Under the pieces are notes generated by a model. The model was not told where the DNA came from, made no database searches, and saw nothing but the letters and a program-made list of their open reading frames with translations. A stretch of DNA of 61,740 bases, the filler included, from Sphacelaria rigidula (lineage: Eukaryota), in the NCBI GenBank assembly GCA_964200075.2. It is 6 parts of 6 records of this genome, joined end to end, with 100 filler letters (N's around TTAATTAATTAA, not from the genome) between each part and the next. Parts side by side here need not be neighbours in the genome. Positions count along the whole stretch, not along the records: positions 30,923 to 41,129 come from CAXNAA020006932.1; positions 41,230 to 51,435 come from CAXNAA020006933.1; 4 more parts are not named here. The stretch is one strand, 5' to 3'. Of the stretch, positions 37,110 through 47,845 are shown piece after piece. The position numbers were made by a program, and so were the translations under genes. The stretch's first letter is position 1. The number at the start of each line of letters is the position of its first letter.

Positions 37110-37660
37110 GTCCCGACTATCGTAGTTTCGCCGCATATCCCTACTGAGACTACGTCTTCACGTGCTTCTGTTGGCGCACCCCCGACTGGTGTAGTTTCGC
37201 GGCGTGCCCCTACTGAGACTGTGTCTTCGCGCCCTCCTGTCGGCGCACCCCCGACTGGTGTAGTTTCGCGGCGTGCCCCCACTGAGACTGTGTCTTCGCG
37301 TGCTTCCGTCAGCGCATCCCCGACTGGAGTAGTTTCGCCGCGTGCCTCTACTGAGACTGTGTCTTCGCGTGCTTCTGGCGGCTCACCGCCGACTAGTGTA
37401 ATTTCGTCGCGTGCCTCTACTGAGACTGTGTCTTCGCGTGTTTCTGACGGCTCACCCTCGACTAGTGTAGTTTCGCCGCGTGCCTCTACTGAGACTGTGT
37501 CCTCGCGTGCTTCCGTCGGCGCATCCCCGACTAGTGTAGTCTCGCCGCATGCCCCTACTGAGACTGTGTCTCTGTCGGCGCACCCTCGACTACTATACGT
37601 TTGCCGCATGCCGCGACTGGGACTGTGTCTTCACATCCTTCTGTCGGCGCACTGCCGACA
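37110..37660. repeat. 69-bp minisatellite (~8 units)
   Basis: ACTGAGACT recurs at 69-bp spacing (37143, 37212, 37281, 37350...). Confidence 0.95.
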
Positions 37661-38399
37661 GATTCCAGGCCTGTTTTCGATTAATTCAATTCGTCGCCCT
37701 TCAGTGTAAAATCAGATCCACGTACTACTGCAAAGTCGCGTTTCCCTACGAGTGAGATTGATTCCGCTTCTACCATAGAATTGATCTCCCCACTGCTGTA
37801 CGGTCTTCCCCCGTTTCCACTCAGTCTGATCCTTCGCGTGCTACGGCGGAGTCTTCACCGACAACTGCCCGGCCTGTTTCCGATGAGTCTGATTTCCGGT
37901 GTTTTATTGTAGAATATTCACCGGCGCATTTTTCGCCCACTATTACTGTAGCGTCTCGTTCCCGCACTAACGAAGTTGATCTTCATAGTGAGCCCCCGAG
38001 TGGGGAAAAGAGATATTTCATACTGTTCCCCCAGTGTTGGCTCACGCCATATTTCCGCCGTAGGCGCTATATCTTCCCCCCTCGGTTTCATTGTCCAGCC
38101 CGCTCCGCTACAAACGTTGTGTCTGACGCCTCAGATTTTGGTATCCAGTCTGCTTCCCCGGCAAGTGGTGTACATTTCGTGTTATCTGTTCCGCGTATAC
38201 AGCTTCTGCAATCACTGCCGATACCACTCGCCGGAAGGGAAGGTCACGGAGCTAGTACCGTCGCCGACCCACCGGCATTCCCGCGGCTGCTGACTAACGC
38301 TGAAAACCCGAGCCGTCGCCGCCACATCATTTTCACATCATCATACTGTCTCGCCGCCGCCACGACGCGTCGTCGCGCCAACATCACACCATACTGCCT

Positions 38400-38760
38400 C
38401 ATCGCCGAACGAGCACCAACATATTTCTACCACTGCTGCGCCGCCGTTACAATCATTTCCACCCGCCGCAGCGTCGCAACACATGTATTCCCCAATTACC
38501 GCTGTGCCGCCGTCGCCATCTCTATTCACCGCCGCGTCACAATCACAACACCTAGATTTCCCTGTTACCGCTGCGCCGCCGTCGCTATCTCCATTCACCG
38601 CCGCGCCACAATCACAACACCTACAATTCCCCATTACCGCTGCGCCGCCGTCACCATCTCTATTCACCGCCGCGCCACAACACCGACGTATTTGTACAAC
38701 TGCTGCGTCGCCGCTACCGTCACCCGCCGTGGCGCTACAACAACCATATGTTACCACTAC
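38400..38760. repeat. second, unrelated ~69-bp minisatellite
   Basis: TTACCGCTG.GCCGCCGTC at 38496, 38565 and 38634. Confidence 0.9.
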
Positions 38761-39488
38761 AGCTCCGAGTCCGACGCAACTGATACTAACACCACTGCCG
38801 CCACCACCGACACAATCGGCAACACATTTTCATACGTGGCGTCGTCGGCGCCGATGGAACGGAGCAGGGGGGCGGTGCCGATGGGTTGGAGCAAGGGAGT
38901 GATGCCGGTGGAGTGGAGCAAGTATGAGGTGCCGAATCGATGGAGCAGGGGGGCGCATGACCATGGAAGAATGCAGAAGCCGTACATAAATTTTGGGGGA
39001 TAGTGTACGCCGAATATGGCCATGTCAAGTGTGTATTTGTTGACCACTTCAACTTGATGGTAGATTCATTCATTGCTTAATTTTGATTCTGGATAAGGCT
39101 TTGGATCATTTGATCTCGAGTTGAAGCGTCTTAATGTGTCTACTTTCCGACTGCAGTGATTTGACAAATGGGCATCAGATTTGCATCAGTAATTGGCACG
39201 CTTCACAAGGGTTTTCTTTTGCGGGGGGGTGGGGGGGTTGGGAATTATTTTGCGTAAAAGCAACTGGTGAGCATCAAAACCGCGTGAAAATCCAGGCTCA
39301 TGATTTTGATCTTACGTGGGGGTGGCGGTATGACACTTTGTACTGATTGGTTGATTGATTGATTGATTGTCGCACTTTAACTGACCCCCCCGGGGCCCAG
39401 CCGTGGTCTCATGATAGACGTACCCAAGAAAAACAAAACTCAAACACGCTCTAAGAAATAAAACAAGAGGAACAGAAACGAAAAAAAA

Positions 39489-39682
39489 ACTGTATCGTAT
39501 ATTTTACCAGTTTTTTATTTGAGTTCGATTGTTGTGATTCTGTCTCGGTTTTTAGTATCACCGAGATGCCAACGTATGGCTGGCGGTATGACGCTTTGTA
39601 CTGTATCGTATATTTTACCGTAGTTCGATTTGAGTTCGATTGTTGTGATTCAGTCTCGTTTTTAGGATCACCGAGATGCCGA
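39489..39682. repeat. ~110-bp tandem duplication
   Basis: ACTGTATCGTATATTTTACC...ATCACCGAGATGCC twice. Confidence 0.85.
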
Positions 39683-39919
39683 CATAATTAGAACTTTTCC
39701 CTTCATCTGAGTTTTTATTTTCGACATGGAATTCAAGTGTTTCCAACCAGGTGCTGTGGTCATGAATGAGGTCAGGGGGTCGATCGATTTGACAACATCG
39801 AATTTTTTATGGTTTATGGCATATTATGACGGATTATTTTTGGTTGATTCACCTTATTAAACTTGGATTGGAGTGATACTGCGATAGGGTCAGCACTTTT
39901 ACGGCCTGAGAGTAGAGTT

Positions 39920-40115
39920 GTTAGGAACCCTTTATCTCATCCAAAACACGACTTTCGAAATAGGTGAGAGTACGCCAGGGTTTTTCTTCCAATTTGCTAG
40001 GGATATCCCGAATGAATTTGCAAACGGGGATATCCTGACCCATATTCTTGTGTAGTTCCTAATTGTTAGGAACCCCTGAATCAGGCAAGTTTTGGCCCAA
40101 AAAGTGCAGACCCTG
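39920..40115. repeat. interspersed repeat shared with 52360-52550
   Basis: AAACACGACTT...GTGAGAGTACGCCAGG...TTGCAAACGGGGAT..CCTGACCCATATTCT on two different contigs. Confidence 0.8.
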
Positions 40116-41024
40116 TCGCAGCATCACTCTTTGCGAATAAATATTATGTGCACTGCGTTAAGTTTCGAGTTATATCTGCCAAATCAAAGTGTGCGTGATA
40201 CTTTTTATTTGGGGCTTATTATCCGTCTGTTTCTTCGCGCGGCTCTTTCTTCTCGGTACAAGGGTGCACATTGTGTACGGGCGTGGCGTAGAAATAGCCG
40301 TGAGACAAGTTTTTGTGTCTCGTTCGAGAATAATACGAGATATTCTACACCGTCTATATTTCATGGAAGTCTTGTGATAATGTGTTTTTTCCTTTTACAT
40401 ACTACAGTGATCCTCGTACGTCCTGTACTAGTGCGCAATATTTTCTGCGTAAATAAGACCGATACGTTAGAGCGCGCGGGCGGATGCAAAGCGTTGCATG
40501 GTACGGTAGAGCGACAAACGTGTACATGAAAATCGTGTTCCGCACTACTTCTACAAAGATATTGGTGGCTTGCGCGAGGGTGTCATACATGGGAGATGAG
40601 ACGATGATCGAGCGAAGACGTTGTTGTTGCATGAAGTATGGTACAAGGCGGTGGGAGTGAAAAAATGAGAACGTGCTGTACTCGAACCTCACGAAATAGT
40701 CCTGGTGAGGGTGCAAGCTTCGCCGGAAGGTCCAGCGCTCCTTCTTGAAGCTGACATCACCGGTGTAGTAGCGAACAAACACCATTGTTGTGTATTGGTT
40801 CCAGGCTGGAGTTTATTTGTTCCCCCCCCCCAAAAGTTGAGAAAATGACATGGCGCCTTTTTGGTGGGGCGGCAATTGAGTGAATCGGAGATATGATCGT
40901 TAGCGACTTATATCGCGTTTTGTTGCGGAGGGGACCGACGTCTCGGCAACCGTACAACAGTAGTGGCTGCACCGTCTCTTTGAGGACCGTAGCTGCAGAC
41001 GATGAGACATCGCAGTCGGGACTT

Positions 41025-41110
41025 TGACGGTTTAAGAGACAACCAACTAGGATACTGACCAGTCAGCGCTGACTCGTCAGTAGTTTAGTTGGTTGTCTCT
41101 TGAACCGTCA
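41025..41110. repeat. 86-bp spacerless palindrome / hairpin
   Basis: 43-bp arms, 38/43 complementary by eye. Confidence 0.92.
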
Positions 41111-41129
41111 CAGGAGTCTGCTCATCGCG

Positions 41130-41229
41130 NNNNNNNNNNNNNNNNNNNNNNNNNNNNNNNNNNNNNNNNNNNNTTAATTAATTAANNNNNNNNNNNNNNN
41201 NNNNNNNNNNNNNNNNNNNNNNNNNNNNN
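41130..41229. other. artificial contig linker
   Basis: 44 N + TTAATTAATTAA + 44 N. Confidence 0.99.
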
Positions 41230-41796
41230 GGTGGAAGCAGCTCTCAGCTTTTGCCAGTAATTTCGATGGCCGCTTCCATCGACAGTAAGCTGGCCTGGGG
41301 AAGGAGTGTGGTTTAGCCGGCGTAGCCGTTGCAAACCACATCTCGTCCGATGATTTGTCGTCGGGGTTTGAAGTCGAAGCGGGGTAATCGAGCTGCTAAT
41401 ACGTCCAGTGCATCGCGTCGGCCCACGGCTTGTCGGTCTCGTGCGTAGCCGTTGCAAACCACATCTTTTTCGGTGATTTGTTGTCGGGGTTTGAAGTCGA
41501 AGCGGTGTAGTCGAGCTGTTCACGCGCCCAGTGCATCGCGTCGGCCCACAGCTTGTCGGTCTTCTTCGGCCACGTGCAGCTTCCCAAGACCGACAAGGCG
41601 TAGGCCGACGCGATGCACTGGACGTGTTAGCAGCTCGATTACACCGCTTCGACTTCAAACCCCGACGACAAATTACCGAACAACATGTAGTTTGCAACGG
41701 CTACGCCGGCTAAACCACACTCCTTCCCCAGGCCAGCTTACTGTCGATGGAAGCGGCCATCGAAATTACTGGCAAAAGCTGAGAGCTGCTTCCACC
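41230..41796. repeat. inverted duplication (~194-bp arms) of Copia integrase sequence
   Basis: 41230-41423 is the reverse complement of 41603-41796. A third ~120-bp copy lies at 41444-41562. Confidence 0.92.
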
Positions 41797-42600
41797 TAGG
41801 GTCTTCACGTAGACATCCACGCGATTCCTACCGCGTTTCGACGCGGGGAGGGGTAGTCATTGAGACTCGAGATGTCACCTGGGAGGCACTGCCGCAGTAT
41901 TTCCCGCCACCGCAACCACTTTTGACGGAGGAAACGGCAACGGGAAGGGGGGATGAACACTGCGACGACGAATCAGCGGAAATGTGGCCGTTAACAAGAA
42001 GAGGAGTAGCCCATACGCGAGTACAGTCTCAGGGTGGAGACCAGTCAACAACAAATTAGTGTGGTCAGCGACATGAACGTTCCATTGCCATTTGATCTTC
42101 CATCACCATCGTCATCATCCAGCAGCGAGTCATCATCGTCATCTTCCAACAAGAGATCGACACCTGCGTTCACCAACGACTCCGACAATGACGAATCCAG
42201 CAACGCCGACGTGTCCGATCAAGCTAGTCCGCCAGCGTCATACCGGAATATGCTTTTACAGAGAACCGGTATCGGCAGTCAGGTACCACATTTCGGGTAT
42301 ATTCGCCCTTCGGGTTCTCGGGTAAATGGAGACAACTCGAGACATACAACGTTGGACCGCAGGACCATGAGGAACGCAGGGAGGGCAGGACGAGATCACA
42401 AACGCGGGCGCTGAATCAACATCAAGCGACCGGATTGTTGGCCACGCTGGGACCCGTCACGAGGGACGAGGTTTTGCGCGTGCTGATTGCTGAGCAACGA
42501 ACGTGGAAGGCATCGAGCGAGATCCTTGCAGGTCCTGCCAAAGCAGCCGAACCAGAGCCGACAATAATTGCCGAAGCCCGCGCCTCTGTACTTGCTGAAC
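41560..42600 (+). mobile_element. decayed Ty1/Copia pol (integrase C-terminus, SH3-like region, linker to RT)
   Basis: Translation ADAMHW..QLDYTASTSNP..K.P..M.F...RPAYCRWKRPSKL..KAESCFHLG...HPRDS...VIETRDVTW...EPTIIAEA fits Copia LWAEA..NR.....P.E.W, KL..RA..C.FLG, SRDV.F and EP....EA motifs. Confidence 0.85.
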
Positions 42601-43419
42601 TCTGAGAGGAGGCTATGAACTTGGAGTTGAAAAATGGCCCCGGAGATCACTGATGTGTCATGCCGGGATGTACCACGCAGCATATCTTTAGTTCAGGAAG
42701 CGAACCGTTTACCCGTTGAACCAGTGAGCGCTCATTGTCTCATTGGGTGAACTGATCGCTTCCACCACATGCGGAAATAATAATAATAATAATAGTCATG
42801 ATGAGGTACTGTACTGTCATGGGTAGGAATGGGGACCCTCATGACCCAAATTCGACACAAGATTTAATATTAGAAATAACGCGGAGGAATAATGAACACG
42901 TCAGTAGGTGGTCGGACCTGCGCCGAAGCCCTCACGAACAGAAAGCATGCTTCATCACTTATTAACGTGGTTTAGTATGGGAAAGCTTTAGCACTGGCGA
43001 TCGCTCGGTTCTCGACACAGAAAGCAAGCCGGTCCACGACACTTGACAGCCCCCCGCATACACACAAGATCTACGGGACCTAGTTCGATATTTTGCCGGC
43101 ATCGCGTCAGCGGCCCGGAAATCCCCCCCCCCCCCCAGAGCGGAAAACACCTTTTTTGAGTACATTCGGGTTATTTGGGAGTCAGCATCACGCGCAAACG
43201 CGAAAAACAAACTAGGTCACATAGCTTGGGTGCGTGGGAAGCGCACGCAAGAAACCGCAGTCCAATCCTCCACTTCGTTGCCGAGATATAAGCGTTGCGC
43301 GATCGGCACTTTTGGGTTGAGGATCAGTAGCGTCTATCGAGGTCCAAGATGGCAAATTCAAAGGAATCGGTGCGCATTTTTTTTTCTTGCCGCGAGCAAG
43401 TTGTGACGATACTGTATGC

Positions 43420-44290
43420 AGTTTGGTTGCGTGCCACATGCCGCTGCTTTGCTCTGTGCGGCTGTGCACTAAAGGCAACTCCGCCTTTCAACGGCGAGTA
43501 TCCTTTCAAGTGTCGAATTACAGACGGAGAGTTCACAGAAGACAGACAGAGCTGGCGGCTGCTTCGTGTCAAGGCTCCAGTGCAGAAGCCAAGGCGTTGA
43601 GAGCGATTTTAGTATATGCACTGCCTTATTCCTGCTGGCGACTGCGGTCATGTATTTAGTAACTGTCTTTACATACTATTAATAGTATAAGAATGAGATG
43701 CAAACAATACGACGTTCGGCAATATTCGTTTGGGGCTGCGTGCAGTGTTTGACGGCATTTCACTTTGTGGCGTGCCATCAGGTGCCGCTTCGTTCTGTAC
43801 GGCTGTGCACAAAGGGCAAAGTCGCCTTTCAACAGCGAGTACCCTTCATGTATTGAATTGCAGAGGGCGGGGTCACACATAAACTTCGGCTGTTGTGTTT
43901 GAGGGTTCCAGCGGAGAGGTCAAGGCGCAAGAGTGATTTTTATTTCAGACTACGCGCTGACCATGTATGACCAAGTCGGCAGAGCCACGATGTTTCAAGT
44001 GACTGTCCATACTGAAAATAATATGTAAACCATATGCGATTTGCGCCAACTTGCATCTTCGACCCCATGTCATTTTTTGGCATCGATCAACGTCATGATA
44101 TTTGCTTCGGTGGCGATCCGCCATGTGCTGCTCTGTTCTGCAGGGATGTGCACAAAGGACAACCTCACGTATCATGAGCGCATACCCTTTATCCCTTGAC
44201 TTGAAGAGGACGACTTCACAGATGAAATACGACTGCTTGTGACGGACGATTTCGAGGCAGAACCCAAGGCGTTGAAGATGTTGATCTGGA
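43420..44290. repeat. three diverged ~180-bp units at ~340-bp spacing
   Basis: GGCTGTGCAC.AA.GGCAA...GCCTTTCAAC.GCGAGTA.CC.TTCA...CAAGGCG at ~43430, ~43770 and (weaker) ~44110. Confidence 0.7.
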
Positions 44291-46204
44291 CAGAGTGAAC
44301 CAGACCGTGCCCAGGCGACTGACAAGATGGGATTCCTTCCACTCATGCCATGAACCTGACCCCATGAGGCCCATGAAAAATTTACCCTCCAATTCCGCAG
44401 TCACAGCTGTGTGTAGGACATTCAGCGCGCAGCCCATCCGCGCAGTGTGAGCCTCTTGATCGTCAACATCGTCAACATCGTTCTCAGTAGTTTTCGCATG
44501 CGCGACGCTGCTGCTCATGATCTCCAAATTTCTGTACTTTCTTGCTCTAGCACTATGCCAGGCACGCCCTTTACTGCAGTAACGTTAGTGTGTGGCCGTT
44601 ACAACAGCTGCTGTTCGTGTTCTTGTCTTGTTATCTCCGCAATGACGGAATGTGGGATGGCAGCTCGGGGGCGTGTGCTTCCCGAGTGGTAGAAACAGAA
44701 GCAGGACAAAAGTTAGTGCAACAAGATCATCTATCTTCTATGTGGAGCGAGCTTCCCGGGTAAATAATATCACCGCAACACCGACCACTCCCAGGCTTGA
44801 AAAAATACTATAAATGTAGCCCATTTCATATGAGCCAGGTCGTTATTTGTAGGTGACGCGTTTATTTTTCATTGATATGATTTGTTGAATTACGGGCCAC
44901 TTCTGACGAATATAGCGTTCAGCTTGCACTTTCCAGGGATATAGTACCCAAAATCGGCCCTCATTCCTACCCATAACTGTGCAGTAGTACATGAACGGCT
45001 ACACGGCAAGTGGTAGTAGTACGTCAAGCCTTGGTTGAGCAACGTCAAGGCAAGTCGAGCAGAACATGTCCGCAGATGAAGGGAGTGGCAATGACACCAT
45101 GGAGAAAAAATACAGAACTGTGACTTGTTGACTACTTTCTTTCGCAACACCATCTTCACGAGATCCTCCTTTGTCCCCTCTACCAGTGTCGCTATGCAGT
45201 ATGCCGACCGTTTGTGGTTGCCCTTCGGCACAGCTGTCCGAACGCGGGCACTGCCTACGTGGGCACCAGGTGATCATCCTTGAATCATCTACAACTGGTT
45301 GATACCATGAAAGTACTGTCACAACATTCTTTTGCCCACTGGTATCACACAGTCGAGTCACAGTAGTTGTGCATACCTTTGATGCCACTCAGCAACACAT
45401 GTAACTCGTGGTACACTTTCCTTGATGGGCAAACAGAACGTCATCGGGTTCATGTGTTGAGTATGCAGCCTATTCCAGCATTGCGGCCTCGGTACTATAT
45501 CACCTAATCCACAGTCGTTGGCACTCTTCGCAGAAGCATAGCGCCTTCTGACAAGCGCCCTGGGACTTTATTTCCCAGAACTTCCACAGCCATCCACCTA
45601 GATGTGTGAGAGGGAGAGGCCGGCTTGATTTCGACCCAATGGAAGGCGACGAGGTGCAATCATAGCATATTTCAGACAGCGTTTCAACCATGCTCAGCGG
45701 CAGTACTCTGCGAGACTCGGGGAATTTTCCGCAGGTGTAAAAGCGATACATTACGAGCTGGGCCAGCTTATGAACGGATTTAAGCTCCGAGCCATATCTC
45801 ATCGACATAGACGAGTTGAAGCGTACTCTGCATATCGTATGAATCGTCTAATCAAGGGGAAGGTGCCCATCTGCTCAAATTTCTGGACCAATATCTTCTT
45901 GTCAATTAATCTTCATGTCTAGTATTTCCTATACCGTACGGAGAAAACATCCATACTAAAATATTTGTGAAACCCATACCAATAGATTCAACAGATGTCG
46001 ATTTTTTGCGTGGATAATCCCGGAGCGCGGGGAGACGATAGATACCCTCACCTTCACCGAATTCGTTGTGTATCTCGAGATATGGCGCACATAGGGTCCC
46101 ATATATTTCGAGCAGAGGCACTAAATGAACTGAATCTCGATATCGCGTCTTGGTTTTCGAGGCTTGTGCTATGAAATTCAGTATGGAGAACCTCGAGCGC
46201 ATGA

Positions 46205-46242
<38 letters not shown>

Positions 46243-46273
46243 GTTTCCCCCCATTTTTTTCACGTGCTCGTAA

Positions 46274-46391
46274 CCCTTTTGGAACCCCTCGACAATCTTT
46301 GTTTTTACGAATCGGCATCACTTTGACTTGTGCAAGACTGAAAATGATGCCGATTCGCAAAAACAATAATCGTCAATGGGTCCCCAAAGGG
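46274..46391. mobile_element. ~118-bp piggyBac-type MITE
   Basis: CCCTTTTGGAACCC...GGGTCCCCAAAGGG. Homologous to 26278-26395, with decayed TTAA flanks. Confidence 0.75.
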
Positions 46392-46427
46392 GTGAGGGAG
46401 TTTTGAGGAGAAATTAACATTGCTGTT

Positions 46428-47253
46428 GGGCCTTAGGCCGGATGTTATGGCAACGGATTTTTGAATCCTGGTGGAAAAAATCCGCAGAAAGGTCGGGTTC
46501 GGGAACGATCGTATGGCAGCATACAGATTTTCATACCATTTTGTTCTGATTAGTATACCTCTACCAGGGTTTCGAGTTTTATGTGTAGCGTGTTTCAACA
46601 GCTCACAGTCCCGTAGGTGTCTCGTGTGTTGTGGCGTGCTGTAGTGATGCAGCGTCACTGCCGCAGAGAGGTCATCACCACCCCACTAACACCAGTGCCG
46701 GTTCTTTCGAGCACATGAGTAAGCGACCATGCCCCCCTCGTTACCGCTGAAGTTGAATAATTCATCGAAGGATAGCAGAACCACTCGCCAGACAGCGACA
46801 GTGCGCATCACGTGTCTCCTCTCTTGACGTCTCTGCAATGCTTTTGCCAGGAGATCGACGAACAAGGTGTGTCGTTTTTGTCTTGTACGCGCGAAGCGGG
46901 CTCCATTGCGCGTCGGGTGCGGCGTATGGTTGCTTCGTGTGTTGTTGGTTGTGGTCGACAGGATTACTCACAAGGGCGCAGCCAGCACGCCGGCACATGA
47001 AAGAAAAACGCGGCGTGACCCCATAATGACGGTCTGCCGGCCAAATTTGCAGAAATCCGTGTGCAAAAATATGTGCTTGCCGACCCCCGCTATTTTGCCC
47101 AAGAATCTGTGGGACTTGGGCCCCGAATGTTGGCCGCGGATTATTTCACCCAAAATGTTGAATAATCTGTACACATGAGATGGGTGTAACACGAATTATT
47201 TCAAAATCTGAATTTCCGCGGCCAAAAATCTGTTGCCATAACATTCGGCCTTA
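46428..47253. mobile_element. non-autonomous TIR element, same termini as 19764-20260
   Basis: GGGCCTTAGGCCGGATGTTATGGCAACGGATTTTTG ... AAAAATCTGTTGCCATAACATTCGGCCTTA. Shared internal CTTGCCGACCCCCGC. Confidence 0.75.
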
Positions 47254-47559
47254 TCTCGAGTTTTGAGCTCAATTTTCAGAGTTGTGACTTGAAACTTAGC
47301 ATGGCGAACCATAGAGGTATGCTGAATATATAAAAAGAGATGGGCCTTAACTGTTTTTTTCTGGGAGAGATTCGGGCGTTCTCGTGAAGAATATATCGTT
47401 ACCATGGTAGAACACCCTAAACAAGTAAAAACAAATAAACAAACACCAGCCTGACCCACTTTTTTTGTTCAACATGCCCTAGCGAGGTCCCGCACAAAAT
47501 TCCAACACACAAACCAAATGTCGGCCGGTGAGTGGCCTGCAAAATACTGCTCCGGATTT

Positions 47560-47845
47560 CTACCCACCCGGATTTTGAACGGCCCATTCGTAATTTAATA
47601 CTCGGAGTTGGACCCTCAATTTTGGTATATGGACAATTGATAGGGCACAAATGAAACAGAAGCTCATGAGTCAAGGGCAATAATCAGTTTTCAGGTGTCA
47701 GTAAAATGTCGTTGAACCATGAAGGAAAATATTTTAGTCCATGCATAATTTGTTGTAGTATGCCCTATTGATTGTCCTTACCATATTTTAGTGTCCAACT
47801 CCGAGTATTGAATTGCGAATGGTCCTGCAAATTCCGAATCCGCTT
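47560..47845. mobile_element. probable MITE
   Basis: CCATTCGTAATTTAATACTCGGAGTTGGAC inverted with GTCCAACTCCGAGTATTGAATTGCGAATGG. Confidence 0.65.

Larger units (their letters stand above)
34500..39070 (+). mobile_element. decayed Ty1/Copia gag-protease region
   Basis: At ~36466-36840 the translation *IADTGST*HITG...TMGDGTRLPVKG..LNL.FH...VHVAEG..FNIFSL matches the Copia aspartic protease (W..DSG...H; V..G.G..L...G). Degenerate Zn-knuckle at ~36310-36350. Many stops. Extent approximate. Confidence 0.8.

Noticed and set aside
37110-37660. CRISPR-like array
   Set aside because: Whole 69-bp units are similar with no unique spacers, there are no cas genes, and the context is eukaryotic.
44890-46202. 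Series of minus-strand ORFs as a gene
   Set aside because: No recognisable motif or consistent splice phases. Possibly an old TE, but unsupported.
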